From Candidatus Saccharimonadota bacterium (GTDB lineage Bacteria; Patescibacteriota; Saccharimonadia; Saccharimonadales; JAQGHD01), in assembly GCA_028288965.1 (NCBI GenBank), contig JAQGHD010000019.1, positions 25,202 through 89,201 on the forward strand: a stretch of DNA of 64,000 nucleotides. Reading direction: 5' to 3'. Under the pieces are notes generated by a model. That model was not told the DNA's origin and did no database searches. It saw nothing but the letters and a program-made list of their open reading frames with translations. Shown here one piece after another: positions 8,860 to 19,410 of this stretch. Position 1 is the stretch's first letter. Every line of letters starts with the position of its first letter. The translations under genes and the position numbers were made by a program.

Positions 8860-9174
8860 ATGGACTTACAACAAAACCCAGAAAGTAACCGAGCAATAGA
8901 TATGACCATAGAAAGTCTGGAAGAAAATTTGGCATTGCATCGAGCTGCTTTTCCGGAACACGTCACGGCTATAAGGCTGCTCATCAGCCACCGAATGCTA
9001 AAAAAGTTACCACCGCTCTCAATGGATGTTGATGAGTATCCAAAAACGGCAACCTTGTCTAGATTTCAAGTAGCCTATTTAGGCAAACGTCTGGTGGGCA
9101 ATGCCATAGACGCCAAAGGCAAAGATTCCCTCAGCGCTCAGTTATCGATGGAGATTGAACAGGCGGGCTATTAA
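8860..9174 (+). CDS. Hypothetical protein
   Basis: 104-aa ORF, no motif. Confidence 0.35.
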   Translation: MDLQQNPESNRAIDMTIESLEENLALHRAAFPEHVTAIRLLISHRMLKKLPPLSMDVDEYPKTATLSRFQVAYLGKRLVGNAIDAKGKDSLSAQLSMEIEQAGY

Positions 9175-9226
9175 CGGTTATGTTTGCACGCTAGACTTTT
9201 AAAACGCTACTGTTAAAATTGAAAGC

Positions 9227-9535
9227 ATGACACATGAAGGCTTTGAGCAACCTCCTGATGCCGAAATTGCCGAAGCATTTAGTGGTGCAGCTTTTCTGGC
9301 AGAGCACGGCCTGGTAGATATAGCCGATGATATGATTGAGGCGCATGGCGGCCGCTTTACAGTGGCTGAAGCTATTGAGGGCTGCCGGCCTTTAGCTGAC
9401 ATGGTTGTCAGCCTGTCTCGTGACCTTAAGGATGTGCCTGGACATATGGGGATTATTAAAAACGCTATTCAATCAGCTGGGGGATCAACAGCTGAACGGC
9501 CAGTGCCGGAAGCAGCTAAAAAAAAATTGAAGTAG
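9227..9535 (+). CDS. Hypothetical acidic protein
   Basis: 102-aa ORF. Confidence 0.35.
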   Translation: MTHEGFEQPPDAEIAEAFSGAAFLAEHGLVDIADDMIEAHGGRFTVAEAIEGCRPLADMVVSLSRDLKDVPGHMGIIKNAIQSAGGSTAERPVPEAAKKKLK

Positions 9536-9552
9536 CAGCCGAAAAGCAAAAA

Positions 9553-10671
9553 GTGCCGAATACGCTTACCCAAAAACTCGCCAAGAAACAATCAGAACCA
9601 GACAGTCATACATACGAAGAACCAATTTTTAAAACGGCGGCACAGCCTAAACTGTCGCAAGACGTACTGGTTGAGACCCGCCAAGCAGAACAGGACCGTG
9701 AGGTCATTGAATACGACAGTGTACAACTGGTTGAGCCAGGCGTAGATATCCTCATCGAACTCAACCAACAAGCACTTGGTAGGGAGGCTGCAGAAGTAGT
9801 TAGTCAGCCTGTTGATTTAGCGAATGAGTTATCGCTCGAGCTGTCCCAGCCAAAGATAATGCCCCAGGCGCTACTCTCTGAAAATGAGTCTGTCGCTACC
9901 TTTGCCGAAATCCAAGTTCCAGAACCGTTGGTAGCCGAACTCAGTGAGCAAATTGCAGCGCTCATCCATAATCCAGATAACTGGCTGGCTGCCGAGCTAC
10001 CGGTTAAGCCGCTAGTTGATCAAACAATTGAGGATGTCTTTACTCCTGGGAAAATTGAAGAACCTGCTACAGAGTTTGAGACTTTCGATTCTGAGGCATT
10101 TTTGCTGGATCTGCAGGAACTTTTTGCCACCAGTAATGTTGGGCTGGAAGACAATCAACAAGAAGAATTAAGGGTTGAACTTGGAGAGGTTGGCATTGAC
10201 CAAGGAAAAGACGCTACATTTATAGATGGTTTAACCGAATTTGTGAAAACCCTCGAACCTCAAAAGGCCGAGCCTGCCGAAGCCTTACTAAACTCAGCCA
10301 TAGCTAAAATAGATCAGCTTCTGGAAATGGCGGACCAAGCAGCAGAAGGCGTTGCCGACACGCTGGAAAGTCAGCCAGAGTACGCAGAAGAACTTATGGA
10401 AATTTGTTTACAGCTGCTGGAATACTTGAGAATTGAAGGTATCGAGTTAAACGCCAACAAGCTATTGGTGACCCTAGTAAACAGCCAATATGCTAAACAG
10501 CATCTGTTACAAGCAAATGTTTTTAAAATTTCCGAATGGCAAGAACTTGGCACGCACGAACAAAAACATGATTCTCACTACGCAAGGAATTTGGGTACTA
10601 TTTGGCAAAGTGGCCAATCGCGGCAGACTATACTAGGCCAATTAGCCATCACTTTTACGGCTGCAGCATAG
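9553..10671 (+). CDS. Hypothetical highly acidic protein
   Basis: 372 aa, E/D/L/Q-rich; co-oriented with the two preceding small ORFs. Confidence 0.45.
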   Translation: MPNTLTQKLAKKQSEPDSHTYEEPIFKTAAQPKLSQDVLVETRQAEQDREVIEYDSVQLVEPGVDILIELNQQALGREAAEVVSQPVDLANELSLELSQPKIMPQALLSENESVATFAEIQVPEPLVAELSEQIAALIHNPDNWLAAELPVKPLVDQTIEDVFTPGKIEEPATEFETFDSEAFLLDLQELFATSNVGLEDNQQEELRVELGEVGIDQGKDATFIDGLTEFVKTLEPQKAEPAEALLNSAIAKIDQLLEMADQAAEGVADTLESQPEYAEELMEICLQLLEYLRIEGIELNANKLLVTLVNSQYAKQHLLQANVFKISEWQELGTHEQKHDSHYARNLGTIWQSGQSRQTILGQLAITFTAAA

Positions 10672-10911
10672 TTAAGTCCCGGTGTAGCTCTTTTAGATTT
10701 TCATAAAGTGCAGGTAATAAACAAGTGTGCCAACAAAGCCCAAAAACCACACCCCGCCGGCTCCACCATGTTGACTGACATTTCGCTTATTGATTAGCAT
10801 TAGATGGCTAGGCGTGAAATGAGTGACTTTGAGTCATATTACAAAGCGCTATTGAGCTAGAGCTTTCCTATTCCCCCGGGAGTATAATTGTAAGAGGCGA
10901 AGGGATGGCTA

Positions 10912-11679
10912 GTGGAGCAGGCTCAATTGCAAATAAGTCGGTGGAGCTGGCTGCGTATTCTGTTGGGCGGCGCGGTGCTGTTTGTGCTACTGGAACGGGC
11001 CTTGCTGGCCACCAGCGACATACTGTATCTACCCTCAATCTTACTTATCGGTGCTTTCACCGTACCGGTAGCTTTTATCGCGCTCCTATATTCAAGGGCG
11101 AAGGTGCCGGACGTACCATGGAGTACTTTAGGCTGGTGCTTTTTGTGGGGAGGTGTAGTGGGCACGGTCTTGGCTGGCCGATTGGAATATGAAACCTTAA
11201 AACACCTGGGAACTTTGCCAACCATTGCTATAGGCGTCAGCGAGGAGCTGGCCAAGATTGTTGTCCCGCTGTATCTGTTATGGCGTTGGCGTTACAAAAG
11301 TGTTTTTGACGGGCTTATTATTGGGGCAGCGACGGGAGCTGGTTTTGCAGCGCTGGAAAGTATGGGGTACGGCCTGGTAGCTCTGATTGCCTCTGGAGGG
11401 AATATCAACGCTGCCGTTGAGACCTTATTGTTTCGCGGTCTGATGGCCCCGGCGGCCCACATTGCCTGGACCAGTTTGCTGTGCGGTGCTTTATGGTATG
11501 CCAAGAGCCATTATGGGTTCAAAGCTCGCCGGCAACTTACGAATACGCTGGTGGGCGTTATACTGCTGCATGCCATCTGGGATAGTGTCACTTCGACGGC
11601 AGTGCTTATTGCATTGGGCTCGGTAAGCCTATTGTGGCTGTTGCTTCGTGTCCGGCAGGCTGAACGCCAGGGTTTATAG
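10912..11679 (+). CDS. PrsW-family-like intramembrane protease (multi-TM)
   Basis: Multi-TM protein with EELAK (EExxK), FAALE (FxxxE) and HAIWD (HxxxD/N)-type motifs on predicted helices, as in PrsW/CPBP-like proteases. Confidence 0.45.
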   Translation: MEQAQLQISRWSWLRILLGGAVLFVLLERALLATSDILYLPSILLIGAFTVPVAFIALLYSRAKVPDVPWSTLGWCFLWGGVVGTVLAGRLEYETLKHLGTLPTIAIGVSEELAKIVVPLYLLWRWRYKSVFDGLIIGAATGAGFAALESMGYGLVALIASGGNINAAVETLLFRGLMAPAAHIAWTSLLCGALWYAKSHYGFKARRQLTNTLVGVILLHAIWDSVTSTAVLIALGSVSLLWLLLRVRQAERQGL

Positions 11680-11756
11680 TTGTATAGGCAATAAACTAGG
11701 GGTACAGCTGCGATGACCTTCACGATGGCTGGCTAATCGCTTATACTAATAGGCAT

Positions 11757-12467
11757 ATGAAGCTCAAACTCTCGGCTCTTGTTGGCTTAATACTCACCGG
11801 CGTATTTGTATTGAGCAGTACCGCTCTGGCTCAAGGTATATACACGGCTGGATCGACCGGTGTTGATATATCATGGCCAAATTGTCGGGCCAAGGTGCCA
11901 ACCAGCGCCAAGTTTGGCATTGTGGGCGTAACCAACGGGCTGGGCTACTCCACTAGTCCTTGCCTAGTTAGTGAGGCAGCGCATTTTTCTAACCTAAGTT
12001 TTTATGTAAATACCGGCTGGAACAGCAGTTCTACGCACATTAACCCTACCAGCCCGCGGCTGTGTGCCGCCGCCGATAATAATTGTTTGGCCTACAATTA
12101 CGGCTATAACGCCGGACTTTATGCTTATAATGCGGCGTCTAGTGCCGGGCTGCACAGCACTACTTGGTGGCTCGACGTAGAATCGAATAATACCTGGTCC
12201 ACTGATGCCTTGCAGAATCAGAATAGCCTACTTGGTGAGCATGATGCATTGCTTGCCAGCGGCGTAGCAATCGTTGGGGCTTACAGCACCACGGCTATGT
12301 GGAACAGTATTACCGGCAGCTGGTTGAACAACTGGCCATCATGGGGTGCGACTACCTGGAAGACCGCTAACCAAGCCAAAACCTACTGCACCGGCCACCA
12401 GTTTACCGGCGGAACCACCTGGTTAATCCAATACCAGGGCCAGCTCGACCAAGACGTGGCTTGTTAA
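11757..12467 (+). CDS. Secreted glycoside-hydrolase-like protein (GH25-lysozyme-like / DUF1906-like fold)
   Basis: Signal peptide; GVDISWPNC near the N-terminus resembles the GH25 GIDVSxWQG start, later WWLDVE. Weak. Confidence 0.35.
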   Translation: MKLKLSALVGLILTGVFVLSSTALAQGIYTAGSTGVDISWPNCRAKVPTSAKFGIVGVTNGLGYSTSPCLVSEAAHFSNLSFYVNTGWNSSSTHINPTSPRLCAAADNNCLAYNYGYNAGLYAYNAASSAGLHSTTWWLDVESNNTWSTDALQNQNSLLGEHDALLASGVAIVGAYSTTAMWNSITGSWLNNWPSWGATTWKTANQAKTYCTGHQFTGGTTWLIQYQGQLDQDVAC

Positions 12468-12477
12468 GAATTTGAGA

Positions 12478-15228
12478 TTACGAACGTGAGGTTTGTTTTC
12501 GGGCGCGGCTGGGCGCCGTTCGGCGCGAAGTTCGTGGCTTAGCCGGCGCTGCCGTTTTGAAGACAATGCCCTTACCAGCGTCATAGCTGACAGTCACGTG
12601 GCTACCCTCGCTGATGCTGCCGCGCAGTATCTCTTTGGCCAGTTTGTTTTCTATCTCGCTTTTAATTTGCCGGCGTAATTCGCGGGCGCCGAGTTCTGGC
12701 TGGTAGCCAACCGCTGCCAAATGTTCAATCACTGGCGTATCAAAATTAAGCTCAATAGCTTGCCCGCGCGCCATGCGCTTGACCCGCTCTAGTTGTAGCC
12801 CGACAATCTGCTTGATTTGCTCACGGCTTAAAGCTTCAAAAATAATGATTTCATCTATCCGGTTCAAAAACTCCGGGCGGAAAGAATTGCGCAGTTGCTC
12901 CAGCAGCGCTGCTTTGAGTTGGTCGTACGTCTTGCGCTCAGCTTTTTTGGCAGTGAGGTTTTCTTGGATAAGTGACGCGCCCATGTTTGACGTGGCAATA
13001 ATAATGGTGTTGGTAAAGTCTACTACTCGGCCTTTGCCGTCGGTTAAACGGCCGTCATCAAAAACTTGCAGCAAAATATTGTGGACATCGGGATGGGCTT
13101 TTTCGATTTCATCCAGCAGCAGCACGCTGTAAGGTTTGCGCCGGACGCGTTCGGTCAGCTGGCCGCCTTCTTCGTAACCAACATAGCCGGGCGGGGCACC
13201 GATCAGGCGGGCCACGCTGTGGCGCTCCATGTATTCGCTCATGTCTATCCGGATCATGGCGTCTTCGTCACCAAAAACGACCCAGGCCAGGGCTTTGGTG
13301 AGCTCGGTTTTGCCGACGCCGGTTGGCCCCAAAAACATGAAGGTGGCGATGGGGCGGTTGCCCTCGCTCAGGCCGGCCCGGCTCAAACGAATGGCATCGG
13401 CGACGGCTTCCACCGCTTCTGCTTGGCCAATGACTCGCTCGTGCAGGCGCTCTTCCAGCTTGAGTAATTTGTTTCTTTCTTCTTCGGTGAGTTCACTGAC
13501 TGGAATGCCGGTGATGCTAGAAACCACTTGGGCAATATGCTCTACCAGCACTTCCTGCGACGTGACGCCACGGTGGGCATGCCACTTGTTCTCCAGTCCG
13601 TCTCGCTGCTTGGTAAGTTTCTTGAGTTCCTTTTCTAGTTTGTTGGCTTCCTCCATACGTTTATGGTTGACAGCATACTCGCGCTCACGCTTGGCCTGCT
13701 GCAGTTTGTTGTTGAGGTCGGCAATATCTTGAGAGTACGTATCGGCACCGATCCGCACCCGCGAAGCGGCTTGGTCAATGAGGTCGATGGCTTTATCTGG
13801 CAAAAAGCGGTTGGCAATGTAGCGATCACTTAGTTCGGCGGCGGCCACGATGGCTGGCTCGGTTATTTTGACTTTGTGGTGGGCTTCGTACTTATCGCGC
13901 AGCCCGCGCAAGATTTCAATGGTTTGTTCCACCGTTGGTTCCGGGACAATCACCGGCTGAAAGCGCCGCTCCAGAGCCGCATCTTTTTCGATATATTTCT
14001 GATATTCGTTGAGCGTGGTAGCGCCGATAAGGTGCAGTTCACCGCGCGCTAGCGCCGGCTTCATGACGTTGGCCACGTCTATGCCGCCCTCGCCGCCGCC
14101 TTGGCCGGCTCCCACCACGGTGTGCAGCTCATCTATAAAAATGATCAATTCATCTTGGTGCGCGGTTATTTCATCCAGCACGGTTTTGATCCGCTCTTCA
14201 AACTCACCCCTATATTTGCTGCCGGCCACCATGGCTGTCAGGCTGAGTTCAACCACCCGTTTGTCTTGCAGGACTTGGGGCACGTGGCTGTGATAAATGC
14301 GCTGGGCTAAGCCCTCTACAATGGCTGTTTTACCAACACCTGGCTCACCAATCAGGACCGGATTGTTTTTGGTACGGCGGGCCAGGATTTCGATGGTGGT
14401 TTCAATTTCTTTGGCCCGGCCAATCACCGGATCCAGCTTGCCCTGTCTGGCTAGCTCCGACAAATCCCTAGAGTATTTGTCTAGTTGCGGCGTGGTGGAT
14501 TGACCCTCCACTCGGCCTTCTTCGGCCCCTTTGCCAACCACTTTGACAATCTTTTGACGCAGACTTTCCGTAGTGAGGCCATAGCGGCGCAACAACTCGC
14601 CGGCCATGCCCTCATCTTCTTGTAACAGTCCGAGCAGCAGGTGTTCTGGGCCGACGTAGCTGTGGCCAAGTTCGCGCGAGTCACGAAAAGCGTTTTCTAG
14701 GACCTGCTTGACGCGCGGCGCCACAGTAACCTCTACAGTGTCTTCACTTTTTGGAATCTGCTCCTGCTTGGGGGCATTGGTCTCGATATAGCCTTTGACG
14801 TCGCTACTCTTGAGCTTAAACTGCTTGAGTATTTCTTGGACAATTTCACTGTCGGCCAGGGCGTAGAGCAGGTGTTCGGTATCGACTTCGCGCCGGCCAA
14901 ACTTGACGGCGGTTTCGGCTGCTTGTTGAATAATTTCTTTGGTGTGCTCAGAGATGTACTCTTCTATATTGGTGGCTTCGCGATCCCTTGGCAGGGGTGA
15001 GCCAAGTCGTGACGCAAAACTGGGGAAATCCTCGCCAAAATTGTCACCAAGACTGTCGCCAACTCCAGAAAACAAATTCTCGAATGGTGAGTTTTGAGAT
15101 TGCCGGCGCAGCAGTTGCTGATAATGCTCATCGCACAACTCCAGGGTCATTTCCTTGCCATCTTGGCGCACCCGCACCGTGTGTGCGGCTGGTTTGCCGT
15201 CGTTCATGTCACAGACACCATCGGCCAT
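12478..15228 (-). CDS. clpC: Clp/Hsp100 ATPase, ClpC/ClpE-like (two AAA+ modules, short middle domain, Cys/His-containing N-terminal extension)
   Basis: Walker A GEPGVGKT and GPTGVGKT, Walker B/sensor motifs, Clp_N repeats, ~60-aa coiled-coil M-domain (ClpC/E-like rather than ClpB). N-terminus [17 protein letters not shown]...LELCDEHY resembles a zinc-ribbon extension as in ClpE. Confidence 0.9.
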   Translation of the reverse strand: MADGVCDMNDGKPAAHTVRVRQDGKEMTLELCDEHYQQLLRRQSQNSPFENLFSGVGDSLGDNFGEDFPSFASRLGSPLPRDREATNIEEYISEHTKEIIQQAAETAVKFGRREVDTEHLLYALADSEIVQEILKQFKLKSSDVKGYIETNAPKQEQIPKSEDTVEVTVAPRVKQVLENAFRDSRELGHSYVGPEHLLLGLLQEDEGMAGELLRRYGLTTESLRQKIVKVVGKGAEEGRVEGQSTTPQLDKYSRDLSELARQGKLDPVIGRAKEIETTIEILARRTKNNPVLIGEPGVGKTAIVEGLAQRIYHSHVPQVLQDKRVVELSLTAMVAGSKYRGEFEERIKTVLDEITAHQDELIIFIDELHTVVGAGQGGGEGGIDVANVMKPALARGELHLIGATTLNEYQKYIEKDAALERRFQPVIVPEPTVEQTIEILRGLRDKYEAHHKVKITEPAIVAAAELSDRYIANRFLPDKAIDLIDQAASRVRIGADTYSQDIADLNNKLQQAKREREYAVNHKRMEEANKLEKELKKLTKQRDGLENKWHAHRGVTSQEVLVEHIAQVVSSITGIPVSELTEEERNKLLKLEERLHERVIGQAEAVEAVADAIRLSRAGLSEGNRPIATFMFLGPTGVGKTELTKALAWVVFGDEDAMIRIDMSEYMERHSVARLIGAPPGYVGYEEGGQLTERVRRKPYSVLLLDEIEKAHPDVHNILLQVFDDGRLTDGKGRVVDFTNTIIIATSNMGASLIQENLTAKKAERKTYDQLKAALLEQLRNSFRPEFLNRIDEIIIFEALSREQIKQIVGLQLERVKRMARGQAIELNFDTPVIEHLAAVGYQPELGARELRRQIKSEIENKLAKEILRGSISEGSHVTVSYDAGKGIVFKTAAPAKPRTSRRTAPSRARKQTSRS

Positions 15229-15388
15229 TGTCTACATCCCTTCTTTACGCGATCCGTTAAGACTACTCTTTTGCATTCCATCTGTCTGCGAAGATTTAGA
15301 CAGTTAAGAAACAATGGCGTCGGTGGTCAGAAATACACTTTGATTATCTGTGTTACCATAACCGTAGGCTTCCAATAATAAAAATACT

Positions 15389-16489
15389 ATGAAACAAAAA
15401 GTCTCCGCACGTGCTCGGCAGGCCCATACCCGGCAAAAAAAGATTGTTCGGGCCAATCGTCCCTACCATAAAAGGCTGCTACTAAGTCCTATTAGCGTCT
15501 TTTTCTTGCTTTGCGTCGGCGTTTTACTGATTGGTGTGACCTATCAGGCTCTAGCCGCGGATGTTACGGTGGTGGCCCAAAAGCCGGCGCCATTGCCCAC
15601 GTCCCCTGCGGTTATCGAACTGTTAACGCCGCAAAATCAAGCTGGCGATAGCCAAGCACCGCAAGCTGTAGCCAGCTCCCCAAAAACCTATCAGGTAGAC
15701 CGACAGATCATTACGCTCAGTGGTAGCTGTCCCAAAGACAGTTACCTAAAGTTTTATAGAAACGATTTATTTGCCGGTGTGACTATGTGCATTGGTGACC
15801 CGGTATTTAGTATTGAAATTAGCCTGGTGGATGGTCTGAATAAGATCGAGGCACATGTCTTTAGCTTGACAGACGGCGAAGGTCCGCTTAGCTTACCGTT
15901 TTACATAAACTACACGCGCCCCAGCCTGGCGGCGCCTGCTGCTAAGGGACCCACCAAAAGCCCAACTATTGTAGTGCCGCTGGCCGGTTCATTTCTGCTG
16001 ACCAGTAACTATCGATTTAGAGGCGTTTTTGTGAACCAGGCATTCAACTGGGATGTCGACATTCATGGCGGGACGCCGCCCTATAAGTTCGACGTCGATT
16101 GGGGAGATAGGAGTAGTAGCAATTCCACCCACCCATCTGTCTCGAACCTAGTACTTGCGCATACCTATTCCAAACCAGGCGGTTATAATGGCAACTATGC
16201 CATTAAAGTCCACGCGACAGATAGCAAAGCGGTATTGGCCAGTATGCAATTGATGGCCGTGGTAAATAATAAACCAAAGCCAAATGTTTTACTCGACACA
16301 ACCTGTGCCTCACCGGCCATTGGTTTTGGCTGTGCCTCGTGGTTGCCGAGCGTCCGGCATTGGCTTTGGGCGGTTTGGCCAACGTACAGCGTCGTGCTGC
16401 TTATGGCACTCAGTTTTTGGCTTGGCGAGCGCCAAGAAATTCGTCAGCTGCTGCTGCCAAAGCGTCGGATCCAGCACCGTCGGCCATGA
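15389..16489 (+). CDS. Membrane protein with PKD-like domain
   Basis: N-terminal and C-terminal TM helices; WDVDIHGGTPPYKFDVDWGDRSS...HTYSKPGGYNGNYAIKVHATDS fits the PKD signature (WxFGDG...HxY...GxYxVxLxVxD). Confidence 0.5.
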   Translation: MKQKVSARARQAHTRQKKIVRANRPYHKRLLLSPISVFFLLCVGVLLIGVTYQALAADVTVVAQKPAPLPTSPAVIELLTPQNQAGDSQAPQAVASSPKTYQVDRQIITLSGSCPKDSYLKFYRNDLFAGVTMCIGDPVFSIEISLVDGLNKIEAHVFSLTDGEGPLSLPFYINYTRPSLAAPAAKGPTKSPTIVVPLAGSFLLTSNYRFRGVFVNQAFNWDVDIHGGTPPYKFDVDWGDRSSSNSTHPSVSNLVLAHTYSKPGGYNGNYAIKVHATDSKAVLASMQLMAVVNNKPKPNVLLDTTCASPAIGFGCASWLPSVRHWLWAVWPTYSVVLLMALSFWLGERQEIRQLLLPKRRIQHRRP

Positions 16490-16522
16490 TAAATATCACT
16501 TCGATGCAGTATAATAACGTTT

Positions 16523-17596
16523 ATGCGTTGGCCAATTCTTGGAGGGTTGCTTTTGTTCGCGGCTCTGCCGGCGACGGCTAATTATCAGTTAAACTCATAT
16601 GGATTCGGCAATGGGGGAGTGGCCAATGCGTCGACTTCCAACTACGCGCTAGAGGGCATTAGCGGTGAGATTGGCGGCCAAACCGCCAGCACTGCCACCT
16701 ACCAAGTCAAACCGGGTTTTATTGAAACTCAGCAGTCCAATGTTCCTAAAATCGCGACGTTCGATAACGGCAGCGGCCGCTACTATAACAAGCTGCACTT
16801 TGTCCTAGACCAGCAGAGCAATCCATCTGACGCCACATATGCCTTGCAGATCAGCACTACCAGCGATTTTTCCAGCGGCAATAACTTTGTCAAAAGCGAC
16901 CTAACCATTGGCGCCACGCTCAATACCACCGATTACCAAACGTACGCGGCTTGGGGTGGAGCCAGCGGCTCAAACATTATTGGCCTGGTGCCCAGCACCA
17001 CCTACTACTTGCGGGCCAAAGTGACCCAGGTAAATTCCTTTAGCGGCGTTTCAACCGAAAGCGGCTACGGTCCGGCCAGCTCGGTGGCCACAGTGGGGCC
17101 GAGTCTGTCGTTTGATATTGATGTGTCGGCCATTGACACCTCCACCAGCCCGCCCTTTACCACCAATTTTGGCAACATACTGCCTAGTACCATCACCGAT
17201 AGCCCGCAGAAGATTTGGTTTAGCTTTGATACCAATGCCGTCAGCGGCGGCAGTATTTATATATCGGGGGCCAGCGGCGGGCTTAGGAGCACCCTTCGCT
17301 CCTACACCATCAGTTCGCTCAGCGGCGATTTGTCATCATCGGCCGAAGGTTTTGGGGCCCAAAACTCGTCTGCAACCCAAACTTCTGGCGGGCCAATCGC
17401 CGCCGCTAGTCCTTATAATGTGTCTTCCCAGAACGTCGGGATTATAGACAGCACCGTACGGCCCATGTATTCGGCGACGGCACCGCTGGTAGCCGGGCGG
17501 GTGTCTTTTTTGCTTAAGGCCAAATCCAAAGCCTTAACTCCACAGGCTACGGACTATGCCGAAACGCTTACTACCATTGCCGCCGGGAGTTTTTAG
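16523..17596 (+). CDS. Secreted S/T/G-rich surface protein (paralog 1)
   Basis: Signal peptide. The C-terminus ...ATDYAETLTTIAAGSF matches the C-terminus of the 18266..19360 protein. Confidence 0.5.
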   Translation: MRWPILGGLLLFAALPATANYQLNSYGFGNGGVANASTSNYALEGISGEIGGQTASTATYQVKPGFIETQQSNVPKIATFDNGSGRYYNKLHFVLDQQSNPSDATYALQISTTSDFSSGNNFVKSDLTIGATLNTTDYQTYAAWGGASGSNIIGLVPSTTYYLRAKVTQVNSFSGVSTESGYGPASSVATVGPSLSFDIDVSAIDTSTSPPFTTNFGNILPSTITDSPQKIWFSFDTNAVSGGSIYISGASGGLRSTLRSYTISSLSGDLSSSAEGFGAQNSSATQTSGGPIAAASPYNVSSQNVGIIDSTVRPMYSATAPLVAGRVSFLLKAKSKALTPQATDYAETLTTIAAGSF

Positions 17597-18182
17597 CTGC
17601 CTTATGCATCTGCCAAAACCAAAATTGTCCAGAGGCCGCGTGGTTTTTGGGCTGATCGGCTTCACGGTTATTATTTTTGCCGCAGTAATTGTTAAGCAAT
17701 TCAGCGGGCCGGCTATCGGCACCGTAAACAACAACATCAGTACGACAAACGATACCGCTCAGCACCTGCTGCACTTTGACGCTAAGCAAGCTAGTTTTGA
17801 TTATCAATCAGACTTAAAACAACAGGATAACGCCAAGGCCCAGCCCAATGTGTTGGAATATTACATATTCAACAAGGGGGCAGGTGATCATTCTGCCGCT
17901 GCCTACCTGGCGGTGAGCATTTATGCCCTGCCCAGTGGTAACCCGGACGATAACAGCGGCTTTCATTACCGCAAGCAGCACCCCGAACTGTACAGTTCGC
18001 GCGTGCTAGCCATAAACACCACTAATTTTGTGATTGTGACCAAAAAAGACAGCCATGAAATAGTAGCCTTTTCTACCCATGGCACCAAGTTGGCGGCTAT
18101 ATCACTGACCGCCGCCCTGGCGACCTCGAGCGAGTTGCAGAGTCGGTTCGATGGGGTGCTGAACTCTTGGGCCTGGAAATAA
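17556..18182 (+). CDS. N-terminally membrane-anchored protein
   Basis: 208 aa, single TM (VVFGLIGFTVIIFAAVIV); overlaps the upstream gene by 41 nt. Confidence 0.4.
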   Translation: MPKRLLPLPPGVFSCLMHLPKPKLSRGRVVFGLIGFTVIIFAAVIVKQFSGPAIGTVNNNISTTNDTAQHLLHFDAKQASFDYQSDLKQQDNAKAQPNVLEYYIFNKGAGDHSAAAYLAVSIYALPSGNPDDNSGFHYRKQHPELYSSRVLAINTTNFVIVTKKDSHEIVAFSTHGTKLAAISLTAALATSSELQSRFDGVLNSWAWK

Positions 18183-18265
18183 ACCTATTGACAAGATATC
18201 GGCCATTGTTCAGAATAAGCATAAGCTACAAATAAAAAATACAAAGCTATAATAAATATCACGGT

Positions 18266-19360
18266 ATGTACATGACCATGGCACGCATTTCAAAATTATC
18301 TACCAAAGGCCTATTGTTGGTAGGGCTGTTGCTGTTTGGTATTGTCGGATCGGTAGCAGTGGCGCGCCATGCCGGTGCCACCAATTTAGGGGTAGCCTTT
18401 GTCCGGCTGGATCGCCTGAAAGCCAGCACTGCCACCGGTGGTCGCGTCTGCGCCAAGCCGTCGGTTACCAATCTTGCTTCTGTCGAAGCCAGCGTCCAAG
18501 TGACGTTCCCGACCGGCTTTACGGTCAATACAACCTTTGGCAACTGGACCGTGAACACTTCTAACCTGGACACCGGTCAAACAGCGTGGCCAGGTATCAA
18601 CACCGCCACGGCGGCGGCTGGCCAGGTGGTTACCTTCCCAAGTACCGACCTAAGCTCCAGCTCGCTTACCTATTGTTTTAACTTTGTGGCCACCACGACC
18701 CTGACTAATGGCACGGCAGCAGCTGATCAAACCGGCACCATTACTACCCGCACCAGCGGACTGGCAACCATTGATTCTTCTAACTATGCCCTGGCCACCA
18801 TTTCAGAAGATACTATTTCGGTTACCGGCACCGTACCGGCTTCTTTTAACTTTGCTATCACCAGCTGTACCTCTGGTAGCTGTAACGACAACTTTACCGG
18901 TAACCTGACACCCGGCACGATTGCCGTTACAGCCGGCAAAGCTGTCACTATTACGACTAATGCGACCAACGGCTGGATAGCCTGGGCCAAAGACTTGAAC
19001 CAAGGCTTAACCTCAGCCAACCGCGCGGCCACCATCGCCACGGCGGGGACAGTGGATGGATCTCCGAGTACCCTGGCAACCGGCACCGAAGGCTATGTGC
19101 TCGATACTGACCTCACGACCGATGCGGCCGGCGGCGGCGCCGTGGTGATAAATGGCGAATACAATTACACGGGTACCGTCAATGGCACCACGGGTGGCGG
19201 TGGAACCCTGTCTGGTAACTTCCAGCCGATTGCCTCAGCTAATGGTGCGGCGGCCGGTGATGTTATTACACTCATTGAACGAGCAGCGGTGGGCGGCTTA
19301 ACCAAAGACGCTACCGATTACACCGATCAAATAACCATTGTCGGTGCCGGCCAGTTTTAA
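18266..19360 (+). CDS. Secreted T/G/A-rich surface protein (paralog 2)
   Basis: Signal peptide; C-terminus ...ATDYTDQITIVGAGQF. Confidence 0.5.
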   Translation: MYMTMARISKLSTKGLLLVGLLLFGIVGSVAVARHAGATNLGVAFVRLDRLKASTATGGRVCAKPSVTNLASVEASVQVTFPTGFTVNTTFGNWTVNTSNLDTGQTAWPGINTATAAAGQVVTFPSTDLSSSSLTYCFNFVATTTLTNGTAAADQTGTITTRTSGLATIDSSNYALATISEDTISVTGTVPASFNFAITSCTSGSCNDNFTGNLTPGTIAVTAGKAVTITTNATNGWIAWAKDLNQGLTSANRAATIATAGTVDGSPSTLATGTEGYVLDTDLTTDAAGGGAVVINGEYNYTGTVNGTTGGGGTLSGNFQPIASANGAAAGDVITLIERAAVGGLTKDATDYTDQITIVGAGQF

Positions 19361-19410
19361 AGTAGCACTTTCTTCACTTTTCAGTGGTAAAAATCATTCA
19401 TCAGCTATAA

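Noticed and set aside
12493-14684. Many 60-170-aa ORFs on the strand opposite clpC (12493.., 12773.., 13066.., 13229.., 14009.., 14101.., 14297..)
   Set aside because: They lie entirely within the well-supported Clp ATPase gene. They are low-complexity S/A/R-rich antisense shadows typical of GC-richer coding DNA.
16523-19360. Calling the two secreted paralogs bona fide WxL-domain proteins
   Set aside because: No Trp-x-Leu motifs are present. Only the terminal-strand pattern and the neighbouring CscA-like genes suggest the relationship, so it is reported as a finding and not as a feature call.
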